Shown here one piece after another: positions 35,222 to 37,180 of a DNA stretch of 37,180 nucleotides (position 1 is the stretch's first letter; every line of letters starts with the position of its first letter). The position numbers and the translations under genes were made by a program. The stretch covers positions 1 through 37,180 of IMG/VR virus record IMGVR_UViG_3300045988_118775; one strand, 5' to 3'. The stretch comes from a virus. The notes beneath the pieces were generated by a model that worked only from the letters and a program-made list of their open reading frames with translations, searched no databases and was not told where the DNA came from.

Positions 35222-35704
35222 ATGGATAATCTGCAAACAATGCTTGCGAAAGATACATTATCGGCAAAGATGGCGCGCGCCTTTATCACGACACGAGAAG
35301 GTGAGCGCTACTTGCTTTTTCAAGCGAAAACGCTAGAGGCGACGCTCGAAAAGGAAAAAGAAGAGGTCGCAATTTTAGGCCGCATGCAAAAGGGGCACAA
35401 GTCCGTGAGCATGAAAGGGTCGGGCACTATGACCATCTATAAAAATACGGCGCTTTTCGATGATATGATGTTGCGGCTCGTCAATGAGGGTATCGACACG
35501 TATTTTGACCTGCAAGTGGAAAACGAAGATCCGACGAGCGACGCGGGCGGCCGCGTGGTCATTCTTACCGGATGCAACATCGATAAAACGACGGTTGCAA
35601 GCTATGACGCTGACGGAAAACTGTTAGAAGATGAGATCGGCTTCACGTTTGAAGGGGTCAAGATCCCTAAAAACTTCCGCATGCTCGACGGCATGCAAGC
35701 GTAA
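35222..35704 (+). CDS. tail tube protein (XkdM-like)
   Basis: 160 aa. RBS GGGGTGA. Confidence 0.75.
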   Translation: MDNLQTMLAKDTLSAKMARAFITTREGERYLLFQAKTLEATLEKEKEEVAILGRMQKGHKSVSMKGSGTMTIYKNTALFDDMMLRLVNEGIDTYFDLQVENEDPTSDAGGRVVILTGCNIDKTTVASYDADGKLLEDEIGFTFEGVKIPKNFRMLDGMQA

Positions 35705-35717
35705 GGGGGGGTAGGAC

Positions 35718-36161
35718 ATGGCAGACGAAAAAGCACGCAGCTTAAAGGCGTTTATGCGCGAAGAGTTGTTGCGGCGTGAGCCCGTGAAATACGTCGCTTC
35801 TAAACGGATGAAAGACGACGACGGAAAGCCGATTGAGTGGGAGTTACGCGTTCTTACGAATGATGAGGTTGAGGAAATTGTCGACCGGAATACTAAACGC
35901 GTTCCGGTTAAAGGCACGCGGGAATTTAAGAAAGAGACCGACACAGAGGCGGTATTTCTTGATGTAGCCGTGGCGGCGGTGACGTATCCGAACCTTAACG
36001 ATGGCGAATTGCAGGAGTTTTACGGCGCGGCGGGTGCGGAACATCTTTTGAAAAAGTTGCTTACACCGGGCGAATTAACCGACTTACTCTTGGCGGCGCA
36101 ACAGGCGTGCGGCTACGACATCGGCATGGGCGATAAGGTCAAGACGGTAAAAAACTACTAG
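35718..36161 (+). CDS. tail assembly chaperone (XkdN-like), zero-frame product
   Basis: 147 aa. RBS AAGGGGGGG. Ends ...KTVKNY* with the slippery heptamer A_AAA_AAC 7 nt before the stop. Confidence 0.75.
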   Translation: MADEKARSLKAFMREELLRREPVKYVASKRMKDDDGKPIEWELRVLTNDEVEEIVDRNTKRVPVKGTREFKKETDTEAVFLDVAVAAVTYPNLNDGELQEFYGAAGAEHLLKKLLTPGELTDLLLAAQQACGYDIGMGDKVKTVKNY

Positions 36162-36331
36162 CGCAGGGAGACGCGGAAACGTGCGTCGCGTATTTCGCTT
36201 TTATCAAATGCGGACTATTGCCGCATGAGGTTATGAACCTTCCCGACTGGGAACGGGCGGCAGTAGTCGCGTTTGTTGATGAATACGCACGCGCGAAAAA
36301 GAAAGAGGCGGAAAAGCTAAAGAAGGGGTAA
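36149..36331 (+). other. -1 programmed ribosomal frameshift site (A_AAA_AAC at 36149..36155) and the -1 frame extension of the tail chaperone (open to 36331)
   Basis: After slipping at AAAAAAC the -1 frame reads ...KKLLAQGDAETCVAYFAFIKCGLLPHEVMNLPDWERAAVVAFVDEYARAKKKEAEKLKKG* and ends 3 nt before the TMP start. Confidence 0.65.
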
Positions 36332-36334
36332 ATT

Positions 36335-37180
36335 ATGGCGACAATTAAAAACTTCATAATGTTACGCGACGGAATGAGCGCCCCGCTTCTTAAAATTGCA
36401 AACGCAACGGAAAAAGCTTCCGACAAGCTGAATAAGTTCACCGGCTCGACCCGTGCGGCGGGTACGGCAGCGCAGCAGTCGGTAGGTAAATTCAATATGC
36501 TTGGATCCGTATTTGCGGGCGGTTTCCTTGCGGCTGGAGCAATCGCCGGAGCGCGGGCGCTCGGCTCGGCAATAGCGTCGGTGGGCACATCGGCGGAAGA
36601 GTTCGCGGGCATACAAGCGCGGCTCGGACTGGTGGCCAATTCACAAAAAGAGGTAGCCGGACTTAATCAGGCTATTTTCGAGAGTGCGCAACGAGCGCGC
36701 GGCAGTTATTTTGACATGGCAAACGCCGTTTCAAAATTGGCAATTAACGCCCGTGACGCGTTCCCCGATCCGGCGGAAGTAGTCGGATTTACGGAAGGCA
36801 TTCAAAAGCTTTTCGCGGTCGGCGGCGCAAGCGTCGCGGAACAAAAAAGCGCCATGCTTCAATTAACGCAAGCGCTCGGCAGCGGCAGGTTACAAGGCGA
36901 CGAATTTAGGTCAATTTCCGAAAACGCGCCTATGCTCCTAAACATGATCTCGAAAGAGCTCGGAGTGACGCGCGGCGAAGTAAAGGCGCTTGCGGCAGAG
37001 GGCAAAATCACATCTGCGGTCATTAAAGACTCCATACTTAAGCATATGGGAGATATTGATGACGCGTTCGCGAAAGTACCGAAACGCTGGGGCGACCACT
37101 TCAAAAAGATTGGTAATATGGCGGTCGTATCGTTCGCGCCCGTGTTTGGCGCAATAACGCGGCTTGCCAACAGTAAGAGC
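36335..37180 (+). CDS. tail tape measure protein, 5' portion (continues at 56..1201)
   Basis: ATG 36335 after AAGAAGGGG. No stop before the window end. Contains ...LQGDEFRSISENAPMLLNMISKELGV..., the classic TMP motif. Confidence 0.85.
   Translation, partial: MATIKNFIMLRDGMSAPLLKIANATEKASDKLNKFTGSTRAAGTAAQQSVGKFNMLGSVFAGGFLAAGAIAGARALGSAIASVGTSAEEFAGIQARLGLVANSQKEVAGLNQAIFESAQRARGSYFDMANAVSKLAINARDAFPDPAEVVGFTEGIQKLFAVGGASVAEQKSAMLQLTQALGSGRLQGDEFRSISENAPMLLNMISKELGVTRGEVKALAAEGKITSAVIKDSILKHMGDIDDAFAKVPKRWGDHFKKIGNMAVVSFAPVFGAITRLANSKS

Noticed and set aside
36139-36639. 166-aa minus-strand ORF
   Set aside because: It lies entirely antisense to the tape-measure gene start and the chaperone frameshift extension. 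Its Ala/Ser-rich low-complexity translation indicates an artefact.
1-37180. tRNA or rRNA genes
   Set aside because: I found no cloverleaf-compatible segments or T-loop GTTCGAATC-type motifs by eye. None called.

Overview
The window is a complete temperate Firmicutes-type (Bacillales-like codon usage, roughly 50% GC) contractile-tail phage or prophage genome, assembled as a circular contig. The first 55 nt (1..55) are identical to the last 55 nt (37126..37180). The tape-measure gene starts at 36335, runs off the 3' end and continues in frame at 56..1201, so the unique length is about 37.1 kb.

Gene order on the + strand, with a lysogeny block on the - strand:
- 1198..8147: a PBSX-like baseplate and tail-fibre block (XkdP/Q/R/S/T/U/V-like order) followed by three collagen-like (Gly-X-Y) genes.
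- 8191..9278: a holin of the TcdE/phi105 family and an Amidase_3 endolysin.
- 9279..11390: a moron region next to an attP-like repeat region.
- 11388..12533 (-): a tyrosine integrase.
- 12693..13376 (-): a CI-like HTH plus S24-peptidase repressor, divergent from a Cro-like gene, with repeated TTCAACATGT operators and a consensus sigma-A promoter.
- 13761..16131: early genes, including an antisense DUF2513 gene.
- 16128..24185: a replication module (DUF2800 Cas4-like nuclease, DUF2815, family A DNA polymerase, VirE-type primase, iteron/AT-rich candidate origin, VRR-NUC, SNF2 helicase).
- 24187..25024: DUF3310 and an ArpU-like late regulator.
- 25354..31765: terS, terL (PBSX family), SPP1-type portal, a MuF head-morphogenesis protein, scaffold and major capsid.
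- 31791..36331: connector and tail-completion genes, sheath, tube, and a tail chaperone with a canonical -1 frameshift site (A_AAA_AAC).
- 36335..: tape measure.

The most interesting items are:
- The MuF protein has a low-GC, basic C-terminal extension followed by an overlapping small acidic gene, which fits the MuF polymorphic toxin and immunity architecture.
- The moron between the lysin and integrase encodes a secreted, coiled-coil, C-tail-anchored protein and is bracketed by palindromes, an 11-bp x5 tandem repeat and alternative hairpins.
- A two-gene operon (acidic 155-aa protein plus a 66-aa HTH) sits on the - strand next to the integrase.
- An iteron array lies downstream of the primase.
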